Shown piece by piece: positions 31,446-44,008 of a stretch of 64,000 bases of DNA (positions within the stretch are counted from its first letter, which is position 1; each line of letters opens with the position of its first letter). The DNA comes from Calditrichia bacterium (GTDB taxonomy: Bacteria; Calditrichota; Calditrichia; JAJRVZ01): assembly GCA_963796965.1 (NCBI GenBank), contig CAWCNS010000020.1, positions 13,794 to 77,793 of the forward strand. Direction: 5' to 3'. Both the position numbers and the translations under genes were made by a program. Below the pieces are notes generated by a model. The model saw nothing but the letters and a program-made list of their open reading frames with translations. It had not been told where the DNA came from and did not search any database.

Positions 31446-34399
31446 ATGAAAATGAGGTCTATTAAAACATTAATTATTTTGGCTTTGTTCTTTTCATTAA
31501 TGAACATAAAATTGTATGCACAATTATCATATGCAGAGGGCGGGCCATCAGTTGAAGACCCGGGACTTGAAGCAGCCCCGGAGTTAAGGCGATATATTGA
31601 TGCCGTAAGTGGCAATGATGCCAATGATGGAAAAACCCCTGCAACCGCATGGAAGACCCTTGGTAAAGTTAATGCTCAAAAAAGTACATTTTTACCTGGA
31701 TTCCATATTCTTTTCAAAAGAGGACAATCATGGAGCGGGAATTTAGGATCTGAATCGACGCCTCATGGTATTGAAAACAATCGAATAGTATTTGGCGCAT
31801 ATGGTCCACTTACCGATGCTTAGACCAGTGATCAGTGGAGAAATTTTTGCATCTACTTATCATATGGTACGTGATTTACAAGGTTCGCAATTTTATTTAG
31901 GTAAATATGGTAATCACCACAGTATCTTCTATAATAATATCTGTTTTGGTGGTGGAAACAATGCGATTATGGTAATTGGTGATGTGCATCACTCAAGCTA
32001 TTGTTGGAAATATTATTTATGATGTAAGCAGTAATGATGCGCTCTCTATTCATGCACGGAACTGGGTTACTCCTGTAGAGAACGTTAAATCGCACCATTG
32101 GATACTCGATAATATTTCTATTGGTAATAGCGGCATGGAAGATGGAATTGATGTTTCGATGGGCGATTATACAGCAGAGGGCCAAAGGGTAGAGGGAGAT
32201 GTAAAGGTAATTGCCAACAAAGTTCAAATGCAGGCTGTACCAGGTTTATCAACTAAAACAGGCGTGGGCCTGCAATCCATTGCTATGGGGCATGAAGCTA
32301 TTTATACATGGGTTATTGGCAATATTGCCAGCAGCGGAACCACTTTAGGATTTAATGCTGCAAGAAATCGTCCTGAAATGAAAGCCAGTGGTAATATTTG
32401 GTTTAAGGGGAATTCTACTACTTTTTGTCTATTAGATGCCCCGAATTTAGTTTTTGAACATAACACCATTTTCGATTATACGGGGAATGCAACCGCTATT
32501 TATTTAAACAGTAAAAATCTGGAATTTTCAAAAAATATTATTTTACGCCCTGATGGTGGTTATTGGGCACAATTGTTCGTTAATCCGAACTATATGGATC
32601 AAAACTGGTGGGGGCCTTCAGATTCCCCTGTTATAAATGGGCAATCATTCAGTGAATGGCAAATATCAACCGGATTTGATCTTAATTCTGCTACTGGTCC
32701 AATCCCAGGTATAACAGCACCACTAAATGATGCTTACAATCACGATCCGCGCAATTGGAATGATCAGGTTTTTCTGGATCAATTTATTCCTTCCCCAGAA
32801 TTTGAGGGAACAAATGGCCTCATCCCAGGAGCTTATGATAACAAAGGTAACCGTCAAGGATTGGCCATACTCCCTTTTGAAGGATCAGATTTAGAGAATG
32901 GCGGCTTAGGCTGGGAAGGCCCACTTATTGTCCAGCAGCGCTTAAAGGAGTTAGGCATTAGCTGGGGCGAACCGCTTCTGGCCAAATACCCTCTGCCATC
33001 AGACAGGTCAGCAGATGTTACTATCAGCAGTACTTTAACTGGCAGGCCGGTGACAGCACCCTCAGCCATGATGTCTATTTAGGGACACATCCTGATTCTA
33101 TCGTTTTTCAAGGCAACCAAATCAGTTTAACCTTTGATCCGGGTACATTAAATTATGAAACAGTTTATTATTGGCGAGTTGATCAGGTTACCGGCGACAG
33201 CACGTATACAGGGTCTGTCTGGTCTTTTACCACTGAGTGGGAACCTGTAGTCCCCGCATTCACTGTCAACCCCATTCCAGAAACGAACGCAGTGGATCAA
33301 CGTACCAATCTGCTTTTATCATGGCAATCGGGAGCCAGAACCTTAAGCTCCGATGTCTACTTTGGCACAAGCAATCCACCACCCTTTATCGGCAACCAGA
33401 CCACAAACAGTTATAGCTCCGGAGATTTGGATTTAAGCACCACCTACTATTGGCGCATCGATGGCAAAAATATCTGGGGAACGAGCGAAGGCACAGTCTG
33501 GCAGTTTACGACCCAATCGGTACCGACACTTCCAGCAGGCTGGGCCAGCCTGGATATTGGTAATGTAGTGCTTCCCGGCGATGACGATTTTCAGAATAAC
33601 AGACTTTATAATCAGCGCATCGGGTGCCGGTATTAAAGACCAGGCAGACCAGTTCCGTTATGTTTATCATGCTTTGAGCGGCAATGGGGATATCAGCGCG
33701 CGCGTGGTCTCTCTGGACGCTACCAATCCTTCGGCCATGGCTGGTGTGATGGTACGTGATAAGCTGGATGGCACCTCGGCCTATCATCTCAGTGCCCTCA
33801 CTGCCGGATCGGGTATAAAAGCGCAAGGCCGATTATTTGACAGTGGCCTGACAAGCATAAAAGCAGGCACTGTGGTAAGTGCCCCGTATTGGGTTAAAGT
33901 GCAGCGGGTGAGTAATTATTTAGTGAGTTATGAATCGGCCGACGGTCTGTTATGGAAAACACTTAAGACCGAACAGATTGAGATGCAGACCAATGTTTAT
34001 GCCGGGCTTGCAGTTACAGCATCGGATAATGATAGCCTGACGAGAGCAGTTTTTGATAATGTCAAGATTAATGGACAACTCGTGACCTCTTTTGCATCAT
34101 CACCGATAAGCAATCTAATACCAAAAGAATTTAAGATTGGTAACTATCCCAATCCTTTTAACCCTGAAACGACTATTCGTTTTGACTTACCAAAGGCTGG
34201 AAATGTAAAAGTCGGGATTTATGACATATCCGGACGAACAATAAACGAGTTAATAAATGGCCAACAGCAAGCAGGTTCTCATGCGGTGGTCTGGGATGGA
34301 AAAAACAGGCATGGAATTCAATCCGCAACCGGCATTTACCTGTACCGTGTTCAGTATAACCAAACTGTTAAAACAGGTAAAATGATTTTGATGAAATAA
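31446..34399 (+). CDS. Secreted right-handed beta-helix (pectin-lyase-fold-like) protein with two Fn3-like modules, a ConA/DUF1349-like domain and a CTD; four apparent frameshifts
   Basis: GNDANDGKTPATAWKTL..VN...PG..ILFKRG start, Asn-ladder repeats, YYWRID/VWQFTT modules, AMAGVMVRD...PYWVKVQR...GLAVTA, GNYPNPFNP. Shifts near 31820, 31996, 33039, 33603. Confidence 0.65.
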
Positions 34400-34449
34400 T
34401 ATCATTTGATACTATGAGCAAAAAATAATTATTTCTAATATCATTTTTA

Positions 34450-34520
34450 ATTCGTGAAATTCGTCAAAATTAGTGGAGTTCGTGGACTTCTGTTCTTTGT
34501 TTGCAGCATTGTGCTGTGTT
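34450..34520. repeat. Degenerate short tandem repeat element related to 60345-60418
   Basis: attcgtgaa-attcgtcaaa-attagtgga-gttcgtggac followed by tt.tttgtttgcagc, matching the layout at 60345. Confidence 0.45.
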
Positions 34521-34569
34521 ATGAATAGAATTGGCTAAAGAATTGTACCAAACAGAAGGGGTACAAATA

Positions 34570-34962
34570 TACGATTAATAATATTACTGAGTATAGCGCT
34601 TTTATTAATTCTAATTTCATGCAATGATCGTTAAAAACAGAAACAAAATCCGGAAAATAAAAGCGATAGTCAATCGATACAAAATCAAAAGAAATTGAAT
34701 CAGTACAAGAAGTAATTGATGATTTATGGAGAGCATTAGCCAGGCAGGATGCTGAAAGGCGAATCTAAAGAACTTTCAGTTGGTCACCTCGGAGATGACA
34801 ATTAATGTTTCTGGAGAGCAAGCCTGGGCAACTTACAAAGCAGAAATGAATGGATAGGTTCAGAAAAAGAAACGGAATGGCAAGTTCCTCATGCCAAATA
34901 TTCTAAAAAAAGAGAATGATGTGTGGCATATCGTGCATGTGCATGAATTACAGTTTGAATAA
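34570..34962 (+). pseudogene. Degraded NTF2/SnoaL-like lipoprotein gene
   Basis: Fragments IESVQEVIDDLWRALARQD, MTINVSGEQAWATY and ILKKENDVWHIVHVHE, broken by stops and shifts. Confidence 0.45.
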
Positions 34963-35092
34963 TTTCACAAAACCCATGAGTACCTGAACAGGATTTGCAT
35001 GTTTACCGGCCATGGATTTTTCATCTGGATTTAGGAGGAATCTTCTTATTTTTTATTTTAGCCTTTAATCAAAAATGTGAGAGGAGATTGAG

Positions 35093-36676
35093 ATGAAAAT
35101 TAAAACTGTAAGTCTGCTTTTGCTTTTATTCATGTTGTGCACATCATTATTCGGGACAGAAGCTTTCCTGTATATAATGTCTTGGATTTCGGTGCTATAG
35201 CCGATGGAAAGACCAAAAATACAGACGTATTTAAAAAAGCTTATTACCAAGGTTAAAGAGGCTGGTGGTGGAACTGTTTATGTGCCACCCGGAAATTATC
35301 TGACCGGACCGATCCATTTTGTCGATAATATGACCCTCTACCTCGAAGCAGGGGCTACGCTTAATTTCACAACGGATTTTGATGATTACCTACCAATGGT
35401 TCAGGTGCGTTTCCAGGGTGTTGATTTAAAAAACTTCTCACCACTCTTATATGCTTACAAAGTGAATAATATTGCCATAAAAGGACAGGGAAGCGTTCAG
35501 GGTAATGGCGATGTATGGAACAAATTTACCCAGGAATTCAGGAAGTTATTAAAGGAGAGTGGTTCAGACAGGACAGATATAAATAAGTGGCAAAAGATGA
35601 CCTATGAGGTAAATCATCCTAAAAAACCTCAGCACTCAGGATTTATGCGGCCGCAGTTATTTCTTGCTTACGATTGCCATGATGTTAACATTGAAGATGT
35701 AAAAGTTCTCAACTCGCCTTTTTGGAGTTTGCATCTTGTATTGTGCGAAAACGTAAATGTGAACGGTGTCTTTATTAAAAACCCGCCCTCTATGAACCCG
35801 GATGGCATCAATCCCGAATCATGTAAAAATGTGCATCTCTCCAACTGTCATGTTGATACTGATGACGACTGCATCACCCTAAAAGCAGGTAAGAATGCCG
35901 AGGCACGTTGGGAAGGAAATTCATGTGAAAATATTACAATCTCAAATTGCACCCTAATAAGTAATGGCGCGGCTGCAATTGGCATTGGCAGCGAAATGTC
36001 CGGTAGTGTCCGAAACGTCACCATTTCCAATTGTGTTTTTGATGGCACCCGCGGGGGAATATATATAAAAACTATGCGCGGACGCGGTGGTGTAGTAGAA
36101 AATGTACGAGTTGATAATGTCATCATTAACAATATGCGGCAATCAGCTGCAATCGGTCTGGATATGATGTATTACATAAAGACAGAAAAAGAACCCGTGA
36201 CGGAGAATACGCCCCGGTTTAGAAATATACACTTTAGTAATATCAGCGGTTTTGGCAATAAAAAGGGCATAAGAATACGTGGCTTGGAAGAGATGCATAT
36301 CGAAAATGTCTCCTTTACAAATATAGATCTAGGCGGTGTAGATGGTTTCAATGCCAGCTTTGTGACCGGACTGCGCCTGAATAATGTATCGATGACACCG
36401 GATACAGGTGCCGCTTTTAATGGCTTAGAAATTAACGGATTGGAAATCAATGGATTTAGCACTCATAAAAACATGGAAGAGATGCCATTGATCAGATTGA
36501 ACAATGTTGAGAAAGCCTTTATCCATAATACGTTTCTGCCGCAGGGCATTAAAACTTTTGTGGAAGTGTCAGGTGCTAAATCCGCTGAAATTTATTTTGG
36601 CAGTGAGGATGTCAGCCGTTTTTCAAAGAATATTAAGTTTACAAATGGTGCTACAGAAAAAGCACTGGTTCATTGA
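35093..36676 (+). CDS. GH28 polygalacturonase-family hydrolase; two apparent frameshifts in the 5' region
   Basis: RBS GAGGAG, ATG 35093, signal peptide, YNVLDFGAIADG, NPDG, DDDCI, IGSEMSG and IKTMRGRGG. Shifts at AGCT 35161 and 35238. Confidence 0.88.
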
Positions 36677-36724
36677 TTACTGTTTTTATAAGATTGATAA
36701 TCTAAAACTATAAAGGAGCTTGAT

Positions 36725-38888
36725 GTGTTTGTTAATCTTAAAAATATTCTGGTATTACTGTTTATTTTGTGCTTTAATCTTTTTGCCTCAGATAAACTTC
36801 CAGAATCATTTCAGATTCTTCCGCAGCCAAAAAATGTAGAATTATTTTCAGATAAGGGTATAGAATTTGGTGAGATAAAATCTTTAAAATTAGATGGAAA
36901 TATTGGCAGGCCAATTTTGGGAAATATACTATCTCAACTTCCTGAAATAAGTGCGAATGAGGGCGGTCGTATAACTTTAAAAATTGTAAATGATGGAAAT
37001 ATTCCGCAATCGCCTGAAGGGTATGTTTTAGAGGTTTCCCGTGGCAATGTACAAATTACATCGCGCGGGGAAGCCGGCCTTTTTTATGGCTGCCAAACAC
37101 TAGAACAGATGCTGGAAGATGCGCAGGAAAAGAGTGTTGCAATACCCGCCTGCAAAATCACCGATTTCCCGGATTATACATACCGTTCTGTTCACTTTGA
37201 TACAAAACATCATCTGGATCATATCAACTATTATTATGAGAGTATCGACCGTCTGGCCCGTTATAAAATTAACGCCATCACCTGGGAATTTGAGGACAAA
37301 CTAAGTTATCAAACACACCCACTAATTGGAGCGCCGCAGGCCATAAGTATTGATGAGATGGCTGCCTTAACAAGGTATGCACGTGAAAGGCATATTGAAA
37401 TCACACCATTGGTTCAGGGCCTTGGACATGCAACGTTTATCTTAAAGCATCAAGAATATGCTTATTTACGTGAGATAAAAAACAATCGTTGGGCATTTTG
37501 TCCATTACACGAGGGTGGATATCAGGTATTATTTGATCTGTACAGAGAAGCCATTGAAGCAACACCCGGAAGCAAGTATTTCCATATCGGGGGAGATGAG
37601 ATCGGAAATATAGGTTTATGCGAGCGCTGTAAGCCCACGGCAGACGAAAAAGGCAAATTTGAACTAAATCTCTATTGGTTAAACAGGGCTTGTGAATTTT
37701 TAGTGGAGCAAGGACGTACCCCAATTTTTTGGGGCGATATGCCCTTTCAATATGCCGGGGTTTGGTACACTACCAGAGAAGAGGAAGATTCGCCGGAGCT
37801 TTGGGAAGCAGGCCTGATCAAATTAGATGAGGTAAAAGATCGTTTTCCTAAAAAGGGTGTTTTTATGCACTGGAATTACACCACCTGTCGCCAACCGGGA
37901 AATAACCGCGTATTAGATTGGCTTACAAGTCACAACCTGAATACAATGATATCCACAGGCGCAAATAGCGGACCAGCAGACTCTGTTCCCCAAGGATGAT
38001 CGTACGGGTGAGATGTCAGATCGTGGTTTGGTAGCAATTCAATCTTCTATGCAATTAGCGTACGAAAACGGAATTGATGGAGTTCTAACCACAGGTTGGG
38101 ATGACTGCTCACCTCATATGGAAACATATTGGAGAGGATTTATTGCTTCTGCAGAATTTAGCTGGGCTACACAAGGCAGAAATCTTGATGACTTTCTAAA
38201 AGCATTTCTGCACCGTGAATTCGGACCAGAGGCCGCTTATACCGATCTATATTTACTGTTGAGAGATGCCGCGCTCTTCTGGGAAACATCGTTAGTACGG
38301 AATGGAAACAGGATGGATATTGAAAATGCGCTACTCGTACTTCCGGGAATAGCACACTGGGTACCAGAAGAAGGCAGGAAAAATGAGAAACAGAGGTCGG
38401 GTTATAATCATATCGTCATTGATCTGCCCGATTTAAGCCATCCCGGTGATTGGACCAATAAATATAAAGCCAGACTTGAGGAGGCTGAAAAACAATATAC
38501 TATTTACAAGAGTACTGCACGACAGCTTGATGATTTGTATAAAGTTTCTATTCGTAATCGCTATCACTGGAGGCTTTATGCAGCCCTTAATAATTTTCAA
38601 ATCACTGCGCCCAAACTTCTTTTAGCTTTAAAACAATCTGATGTGAGTAATAGAGCCAAACGGGATGCCGGTATCAGGGCTGTGAGCAGAGCTTTGGATG
38701 AATTTGAAATGGCCTGGGTGGAAATTAAGGACGTATACGGAGAGACCCGGCATATTAAATACCCGAAATACTATGTAAGGGATCGCTATTTTCATTATGC
38801 CACTCAACGGGAAAATTTAACCTGGATGATTCAGGTTGAGGAATTGCTACATAAACTTGTACGGGAATGGGTAAAAAATAATAAATAA
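36725..38888 (+). CDS. GH20 beta-hexosaminidase-like protein; one apparent frameshift near 37980
   Basis: ILPQPK, EGY.L, GLFYG.QTL, DFPDY.YR, catalytic HIGGDE and TGWDD motifs. Confidence 0.8.
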
Positions 38889-39014
38889 GTAAACCATGGC
38901 CAATCTGAATTATTCATCTCTCAAAGAGCAGCAAAGTTTTGTTGTCATTCCGACTAAATTTAAATTGGATAAACAAAAATATAAATACTCGTGCAAGAGA
39001 CAGGAATCAATATC

Positions 39015-41276
39015 ATGTTAGTTTACAGAATTATCTTTGTATTGATTGTAATACTTTTAATGAGGCTATTTGCAGGCGATGACCCACCATATTTAAATCC
39101 GAATCTTTCTGTTGAAGAGCGGGTCAATGACCTTTTGTCCCGTATGACGCTAAAAGAAAAAGTCGGACAAATGAATCAACGTGCAGGTAAAAAATTTTTG
39201 GAACAAAATAAATCAGAGGTAGAATTAAATAATATGTTAGAGGACTTGAAAGAGGGATTAGTTGGATCTTTTCTTTTAGTAGGAAATATTGAAACAGCAA
39301 ATGAATTACAGAAAATAACTGAGAGTTCACGGCTGAAAATTCCTTTTTTAAATGCTATTGATGCCATACACGGCCATTGTTTATATAATGGAGCAACAGT
39401 ATTCCCAACAAATATTTCTCAGGCGAGCGCGTTTAACGTAGAAGCTGTAGAAAAAATAAATGCTGCAACAGCTATAGAATTGCGGGCAACAGGCTACCAT
39501 TGGGCTTTTTTCCCCTATATGAGTGTCACCCGTGATCCTCGTTTTGGCAGAGTCGGTGAAAACTATGGTGAAGATCCTTTATTGGTAGCACGTTTATCGG
39601 TTGCTGCCGTTAAAGGTTTACAAGGGGACGATTATGCAGCAGCGGATAAAGTAATTGCCTGCGCGAAAGCGTATTTAGGAGATGGACAATCAATTAATGG
39701 ATTAAATCTAGCCCCGATGGATATTTCTATGCGCACGCTTAAAGAAATATTTTTGCCACCTGCAGAAGCGTGTGCCCGGGCGGGGGTACGGACTTTCATG
39801 GCTTCTCATAATGAAATTAATGGTGTTCCGGCCCATGCTAACCATTGGCTATTAACAGAAGTTTTGCGTGATACTTGGGGATTTGACGGCTATGTAATCA
39901 GCGATTGGAAAGACATTGAAAGGCTGATTGATGGACATAGGGTGGCCGACAATCAAAAAGACGCTGTTGAGATGGCCATTATGGCGGGTGTTGACGTGCA
40001 TATGTTTGGTGACAATTTTATTGATAAATTAACCGAATTGGTTGAGGAAGGAAGAATTCCTGAAGAAAGAATAGACCGGACCGTTCGGCAAATATTGAAC
40101 GATAAATTTAAAATGGGTCTTTTTGAAAATCGATATGTGGAGAAGGATGAGGCTATGAAAATTCTGGCAAATCCGGAACATATACAACTGGCTCTTAATG
40201 CTGCCCGCGAGTCTATCGTATTATTGAAAAATGAAAACAATGTTTTACCACTATCCAAATCATTGAAAAAGATACTTGTAACCGGACCTCTCGCCGATCA
40301 TAATGCACTGGTAGGGGATTGGGTTCACACCCAGCCGGATGAAAATATAGTAACTGTTCTGGAAGGTGTCAGAGAGCATGTGGGTTCAAAAATAGATGTG
40401 GAATATTATAACCCCGGCAATATCTACGATATTGATGAAAAAGCGATAGCCGAAGCGGTTGAAAAATCGGAAGATGTTGACGTGATTGTTTTAGTAATTG
40501 GCGGGAATGACAATCGAAGTGATAAAAACTGGGAATTAAAACATCATCGTAAAAACCGTACAGGAGGGGAAAATATTGCACGATCAGATATTGCCTTAGC
40601 TGGTATGCAAGATGATCTTGTCAAAGCACTTCACAAAACCGGCAAAACTGTGATAGTGGTTCTTATTAATGGACGGCCATTAGCTTTAGAGTGGATTTCT
40701 GAAAACATCCCCGGAATTGTTGAAGCATGGCAACCGGGCATGCAAGGGGGAAAAGCAGTTGCAGAGGTATTATTTGGAGATTATAATCCCAGTGGCAGGC
40801 TGCCTATCACTTTCCCCAGAAGTGTGGGACATATTCCGGTATTTTACAATCATCGTCCATCAACATTTCTGAGACATTATGTTAATTCTAAGCCGGGTTT
40901 CTTGTATGAATTTGGGTTTGGATTAAGCTATACAACATTTGAATACAGTAATCTTTCAGTACCAGAAACCATTGGAAACGATGAATCGATTAAAATAAGT
41001 GTTGAAGTGAAAAATACAGGTAACCGCAATGGTGATGAAATTGTTCTGTTGTTTATCAATGACAAAATAAGCAGTGTTACTACGCCGGTGAAAGAGTTGA
41101 AAGAATTTACCAGAATCCAATTAGAACCGGGTGAGATAAAAAAGGTTGAGTTTACTTTGCCTCATGAATCTCTTTCACTTCTTGATGTAGATTTGAATAA
41201 AGTTGTAGAGCCGGGTGAGTTTGAAGTTATGATTGGTGGACAGTTTGATACATTTGAAGTAAAAGCAGATTTATAG
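39015..41276 (+). CDS. GH3 beta-glucosidase/xylosidase (BglX-like)
   Basis: MTLKEKVGQ, DAIHG, RDPRFGR..E.YGEDP, ISDW nucleophile, SIVLLKN, NPSGRLP, FGFGLSYT and C-terminal Fn3-like domain. Confidence 0.92.
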   Translation: MLVYRIIFVLIVILLMRLFAGDDPPYLNPNLSVEERVNDLLSRMTLKEKVGQMNQRAGKKFLEQNKSEVELNNMLEDLKEGLVGSFLLVGNIETANELQKITESSRLKIPFLNAIDAIHGHCLYNGATVFPTNISQASAFNVEAVEKINAATAIELRATGYHWAFFPYMSVTRDPRFGRVGENYGEDPLLVARLSVAAVKGLQGDDYAAADKVIACAKAYLGDGQSINGLNLAPMDISMRTLKEIFLPPAEACARAGVRTFMASHNEINGVPAHANHWLLTEVLRDTWGFDGYVISDWKDIERLIDGHRVADNQKDAVEMAIMAGVDVHMFGDNFIDKLTELVEEGRIPEERIDRTVRQILNDKFKMGLFENRYVEKDEAMKILANPEHIQLALNAARESIVLLKNENNVLPLSKSLKKILVTGPLADHNALVGDWVHTQPDENIVTVLEGVREHVGSKIDVEYYNPGNIYDIDEKAIAEAVEKSEDVDVIVLVIGGNDNRSDKNWELKHHRKNRTGGENIARSDIALAGMQDDLVKALHKTGKTVIVVLINGRPLALEWISENIPGIVEAWQPGMQGGKAVAEVLFGDYNPSGRLPITFPRSVGHIPVFYNHRPSTFLRHYVNSKPGFLYEFGFGLSYTTFEYSNLSVPETIGNDESIKISVEVKNTGNRNGDEIVLLFINDKISSVTTPVKELKEFTRIQLEPGEIKKVEFTLPHESLSLLDVDLNKVVEPGEFEVMIGGQFDTFEVKADL

Positions 41277-41395
41277 CCGCACAGAAAGTCTACCTCACAT
41301 TGGTAAACAAAGTTGTGACAAACGAAGAGAATAAGGATTTAACTTACTCAGACTTTATGGATACTATGTATCTAAAAACGTCATAGGGGAATACT

Positions 41396-42846
41396 ATGTA
41401 TTTGAATTTTATTAAAGTTATCAACTTTTCTATCATTGTTGTTTTTTTATGTTCTAATGTATTATTAGCGCAACATTTTTTGGAAAATACAAATATTCAA
41501 GGTCCTTTCAGGATTGTTAACATAGCCGGTTTAGACGGGATTCATCTACAAAGTCTAAATACAAAGGCGGTTCTTAAGAGTAGTGTTCATAAAAAGGATA
41601 GAGGTACTCTATCTATTTGGGTTAGTCCATTAGAGGAAAGTACCTTTTCTAAATTAGGAAGAAGATTTGAAAAAGATGATCTAAATTATGCTAACTTTAC
41701 ATTTGTATCAGATATTTGGCCTGTTAGAAATGTTGGAGAAATGAAATTTGGCTTTTACTGGAATTACAGTTATCCCCAATTGATAACTCGTTTAATGCCA
41801 GGTCGTTTTTGGACGTTATTTAATTATGGTTTTGCAGCTATTGGTTATGCTGAAAAACTAACATTACGTACCGAGCAGTGGTATCATTTGGTAATGACCT
41901 GGGATAAACCCGCCGGGAAAGTACACATTTATGCCAATGGAATTTTGATAGGTTCTACTAATAATGCTGAAGGATATAGTGTCCCGGGTGATACACTCTA
42001 CTTTGGGAATCCGATGATGGTATTTCACGATATAAGATTATCAGAAAATGTAATGAGTGCCTCCGAAATTAAAAAGGAATATTTGTCTCAACGTCCGGAA
42101 ATTAATTCCCTGGCAGATAATGATCTTAAAACAGATTATTTTTATCAGGAAAAACCTGCTTTAGAATTAGAGCGTGATTCAACGTGGAAGAATGCTTATT
42201 CCGCATCATTCTTAGAAAAACAACAATTGGAAAAGTGGCATTTACAAACAGGGGATAAGTATATAGATAAAATGGATATCCGAATTACAGATGAAGGATT
42301 GTTAATCAAGACACCGGATATCGTGGCAGAAGAATCCAGAATGTATTTATGGAGTCCACTTACATTTGAGTCCGATCATTGGATTGAGTTCGATTTCCAA
42401 GTAAATTCTGAAATGGGGCTAGCTTTCTTGTAATCTGTGCATCTGGTCCTCAGCGAAATGACTTTATTGATGAAGGATGGATGAATAAGTCGGGTAGTAT
42501 GGGATTTATTCTCAATCAGACGCGAAATTATCATTGGGAGTTCATGCGTCGTGTAGAAATGATGCGTACGGATATGGAAACGCAATACTTCGCAAAAAAT
42601 CCATGGAATTATAAGATGTTTTATGGCTGCATCCCAAGGCTGGAGCAAAATCGCTGGCATCACTTACGGCTGGTGAAGGTTGGTAATCGTATCCATGGCT
42701 CTATTGATGATATGACTGTATTTGATTTGAATGACGATTCTTTTAATAATAACGGACCTGTGTTAAATGGAGGTAGAATTGGTATTCGCCAAATGTATAA
42801 AACAAGAATGTTATATAAAAACTTTGAAGTTTATACCAAACTCTAG
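41396..42846 (+). CDS. Secreted LamG-like plus DUF1961 (YesU-like) protein; one apparent frameshift near 42425
   Basis: LamG motifs GTLSIWV and WYHLVMTWD...IYANG. C-terminal LRLVKVG...GPVLNGGRIGIRQM resembles YesU. Confidence 0.6.
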
Positions 42847-43140
42847 TTTATATAAAGAGACTGGTTTCAATGGAATATACTAAAAAGTTTAAGTCTGTGT
42901 TCGTTATGTTCCTATTGCTGTCTTTTGGTTTTACCGGGATTTCCACTTTTTGAATAAAGAGGATTCTTCAACGATTAAAAATGTCTGCAAAATAAAATTA
43001 GATGAGAGATTCTCTTTTTGTCATGAAAGAAGCCGGTATAGGAGGGATTAAATTAATGGATATCAAGTCGTGTACACGATACATCATAAAAAAATTATAT
43101 GATATTGTTCGTGTTATATGTGGTTGCAGAAATGACAAAC

Positions 43141-43995
43141 CATGGGTTTCCTTTTTTTCGATACAGTCTCTGCTTTTTATTTTTGTCTCCACAATGCTTA
43201 TAAATGCGCAGGATATCATCTTCACAACAGAAAGTAAAGATGCCTCTGCTGGTAATTTATCGTGTTATAAAATCAGAGACAGCTTCAGCAACTTACTTTC
43301 TTGAGAAAGCGGGACTTGGTATATCCAGTCTGATTGATAAAGACGGCAACGACTGGATCAGTTTTTCACCGGAAAAGGGAACCAAAGCAGGTGGAGAGTA
43401 CAGGGGATTTCCGAATGCGGTTTTTAGACAGGATGGTAGTTTTTTCCATCCGCTTAACAACGCCACAGATAAATCCACCAGCGAGATTGTATCCGCAGAT
43501 AGTGATAAAGTCTCAATTGCAGGTAAATCGGGGAATGGCGCTTGGGAATGTCGCTGGGATTTTTATAATTCCCATTGCACTTTTACTATGACTAAGATGC
43601 CTGAGGGGTATAACTACTGGGTACTATATGAAGGAACTCCAGGTGGTTCCTTCGAAGACACTGACTGGTGGATGACCTCGGCGATTTGTCGTAAAATTTC
43701 CATGAACAATAATCATGAGGGCGATATTCCTGATGTGGAATGGATAGTTTTTGGTGATGGAGAGATGAATCGTTCGTTATTTCTGCTCCATCATCAGGAT
43801 GATAAATATCCTGATCGATTCTATCAAATGAAAAACAAAATGACAGTATTCGGATTTGGCCGCAAAGGTCCTGAAAGATATTTTGATACCGTTCCGCAAA
43901 GTTTTTCCATAGGACTTTTAGAAACAGTTGATCATTCTCGTATTGGTGATGTATTAATGGAATTGTTCCCGTTTACGAATAAAATCAAACCATAA
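43141..43995 (+). CDS. Secreted hypothetical protein (beta-rich); apparent frameshift near 43275; start uncertain
   Basis: Signal-like segment ending MLINAQ joins the 263-aa ORF as CYKIETASATYFLEK if TCAGA is read as TCGA. Confidence 0.55.
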
Positions 43996-44008
43996 GAAAG
44001 GCAGGAAA

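Noticed and set aside
43002..43070. MKEAGIGG segment resembling a GH106 N-terminal motif
   Set aside because: Too short to support by eye.
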